Below are positions 6,768-7,736 of a stretch of DNA of 7,736 nt, piece after piece. Made by a program: the position numbers and the translations under genes. How positions within the stretch are numbered: position 1 is the first letter of the stretch; each line of letters begins with the position of its first letter. The stretch comes from a virus (Duplodnaviria > Heunggongvirae > Uroviricota > Caudoviricetes): IMG/VR virus record IMGVR_UViG_648276645_000001. The stretch is one strand, 5' to 3'. Below the pieces are notes generated by a model. That model worked only from the letters and a program-made list of their open reading frames with translations, was not told the DNA's origin and did no database searches.

Positions 6768-7130
6768 GTGAATACCTACAGCATCACATTACCCTGGCCT
6801 CCGAGCAATAACCGCTACTACCGGCATAATCGCGGGCGCACGCACATCAGCGCAGAAGGGCAGGCATACCGTGATAACGTCGCCCGAATCATTAAAAACG
6901 CAATGCTGGATATCGGCCTGGCTATGCCTGTGAAAATCCGCATTGAGTGCCACATGCCGGATCGCCGTCGCCGTGACCTGGATAATCTGCAAAAAGCCGC
7001 TTTTGACGCACTCACTAAAGCAGGTTTCTGGCTGGATGATGCTCAGGTCGTTGATTACCGCGTTGTGAAGATGCCTGTTACCAAAGGTGGGAGGCTGGAA
7101 CTGACCATCACCGAAATGGGGAATGAATGA
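6768..7130 (+). CDS. rusA: RusA Holliday-junction resolvase (endodeoxyribonuclease RusA)
   Basis: 120-aa ORF with GTG start: [97 protein letters not shown]..., recognised as RusA of the DLP12/phage-82 type. RBS AGAGGGGG upstream. Confidence 0.92.
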   Translation: MNTYSITLPWPPSNNRYYRHNRGRTHISAEGQAYRDNVARIIKNAMLDIGLAMPVKIRIECHMPDRRRRDLDNLQKAAFDALTKAGFWLDDAQVVDYRVVKMPVTKGGRLELTITEMGNE

Positions 7131-7267
7131 TGTTTGAGTTTAATATGGCAGAACTTCTTCGCCACCGCTGGGGGCGTCTGCGCTTATATCGTTTCCCCGG
7201 TTCTGTTTTGACCGATTACCGAATACTGAAGAATTACGCCAAAACCCTGACAGGAGCAGGAGTATGA
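7127..7267 (+). CDS. ylcG: YlcG-like small protein (46 aa)
   Basis: Not in the ORF track (under 60 aa). Hand translation from ATG 7127 gives [46 protein letters not shown], stop TGA 7265-7267. Start overlaps the rusA stop. Matches the small gene found between rusA and the Q-like gene in DLP12-type prophages. Confidence 0.75.
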   Translation: MMFEFNMAELLRHRWGRLRLYRFPGSVLTDYRILKNYAKTLTGAGV

Positions 7268-7352
7268 AGTCAGAGATAACAATCAACTAATACTGTTTTG
7301 TTGATTTTTGCTTGTAATTGGCGTTTTGGTCTGATTTTTGTGGAGTAAGTTG

Positions 7353-7736
7353 ATGCGTGATATTCAGATGGTTCTTGAGCGTTGGGGAGCGTGGGCGGCT
7401 AATAATCATGAAGATGTGACCTGGTCGTCCATTGCCGCCGGTTTTAAGGGATTAATTCCTTCAAAAGTAAAATCTCGCCCGCAATGTTGTGACGATGACG
7501 CGATGATCATTTGCGGGTGCATGGCCCGTCTGAAAAAGAACAACAGCGATTTGCACGATTTATTAGTAGATTATTATATAGTCGGTATGACATTCATGTC
7601 ACTGGCAGGTAAGCATTGCTGCTCTGATGGTTATATCGGGAAAAGGTTACAAAAGGCTGAGGGCATAATTGAAGGGATGTTAATGGCATTAGATATCCGG
7701 TTAGAGATGGATATCGTTGTTAATAACTCTAATTAA
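7353..7736 (+). CDS. Q: Late-gene antiterminator Q (QuuD / phage-82-type Q)
   Basis: 127 aa from ATG 7353 (GGAG RBS at 7342-7345): [62 protein letters not shown]..., recognised as QuuD-like Q. Stop TAA is the last three bases of the window. Confidence 0.9.
   Translation: MRDIQMVLERWGAWAANNHEDVTWSSIAAGFKGLIPSKVKSRPQCCDDDAMIICGCMARLKKNNSDLHDLLVDYYIVGMTFMSLAGKHCCSDGYIGKRLQKAEGIIEGMLMALDIRLEMDIVVNNSN

Larger units (their letters stand above)
1331..7736. mobile_element. Defective lambda-type prophage, left portion (attL through Q); right boundary lies beyond the window
   Basis: attL followed by int/xis/ea genes in lambda prophage order; internal deletion; lambda-type replication and nin/Q genes. 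No structural or lysis genes are in the window. Confidence 0.9.

Noticed and set aside
6789-7015. Minus-strand ORFs 6789..6992 and 6818..7015 inside rusA
   Set aside because: Antisense to rusA; Arg/Cys-rich translations typical of spurious frames.
1-7736. Restriction-modification, toxin-antitoxin, Abi-type defence system or CRISPR array
   Set aside because: Only an orphan methyltransferase is present, with no nuclease or ATPase partner. No repeat-spacer periodicity anywhere. No gene pair with toxin-antitoxin characteristics that I could recognise.

Overview
This window is the left chromosome/prophage junction of a defective lambda-type prophage integrated at the E. coli lambda attachment site (attB next to ybhC). 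All homology calls are from reading the translations and recalling protein families; no database search was run. The host gene ybhC (1..1284, -) is followed by an attL junction with the 15-bp core GCTTTTTTATACTAA and the lambda P' arm. Next come lambda-type int, xis, orf55 and ea8.5 on the minus strand, then a C-terminal fragment of ea22. Near 3720-3770 the sequence jumps directly into the C-terminal end of replication gene O on the plus strand, so the whole central region of lambda (recombination genes, N, immunity region, cro, cII, the O N-terminus and ori) appears to be missing. To the right the order is P, ren, a tR2-like terminator, ninB, then a nin region that differs from lambda itself: a phage Dam-type N6-adenine methyltransferase, ninE, a 113-aa unknown protein, a mosaic NinF-like ORF, rusA, ylcG and a Q antiterminator of the DLP12/phage-82 (QuuD) type, which ends at the last base of the window. 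I see no CRISPR array, tRNA/rRNA or IS element. I do not see a convincing new multi-gene system; the pieces most worth follow-up are the deletion junction with its chimeric ORF, the orphan methyltransferase, and the two poorly characterised nin-region ORFs. I have a weak, unverified recollection that cryptic lambda remnants of this kind occupy attB in some E. coli lineages (for example B strains).
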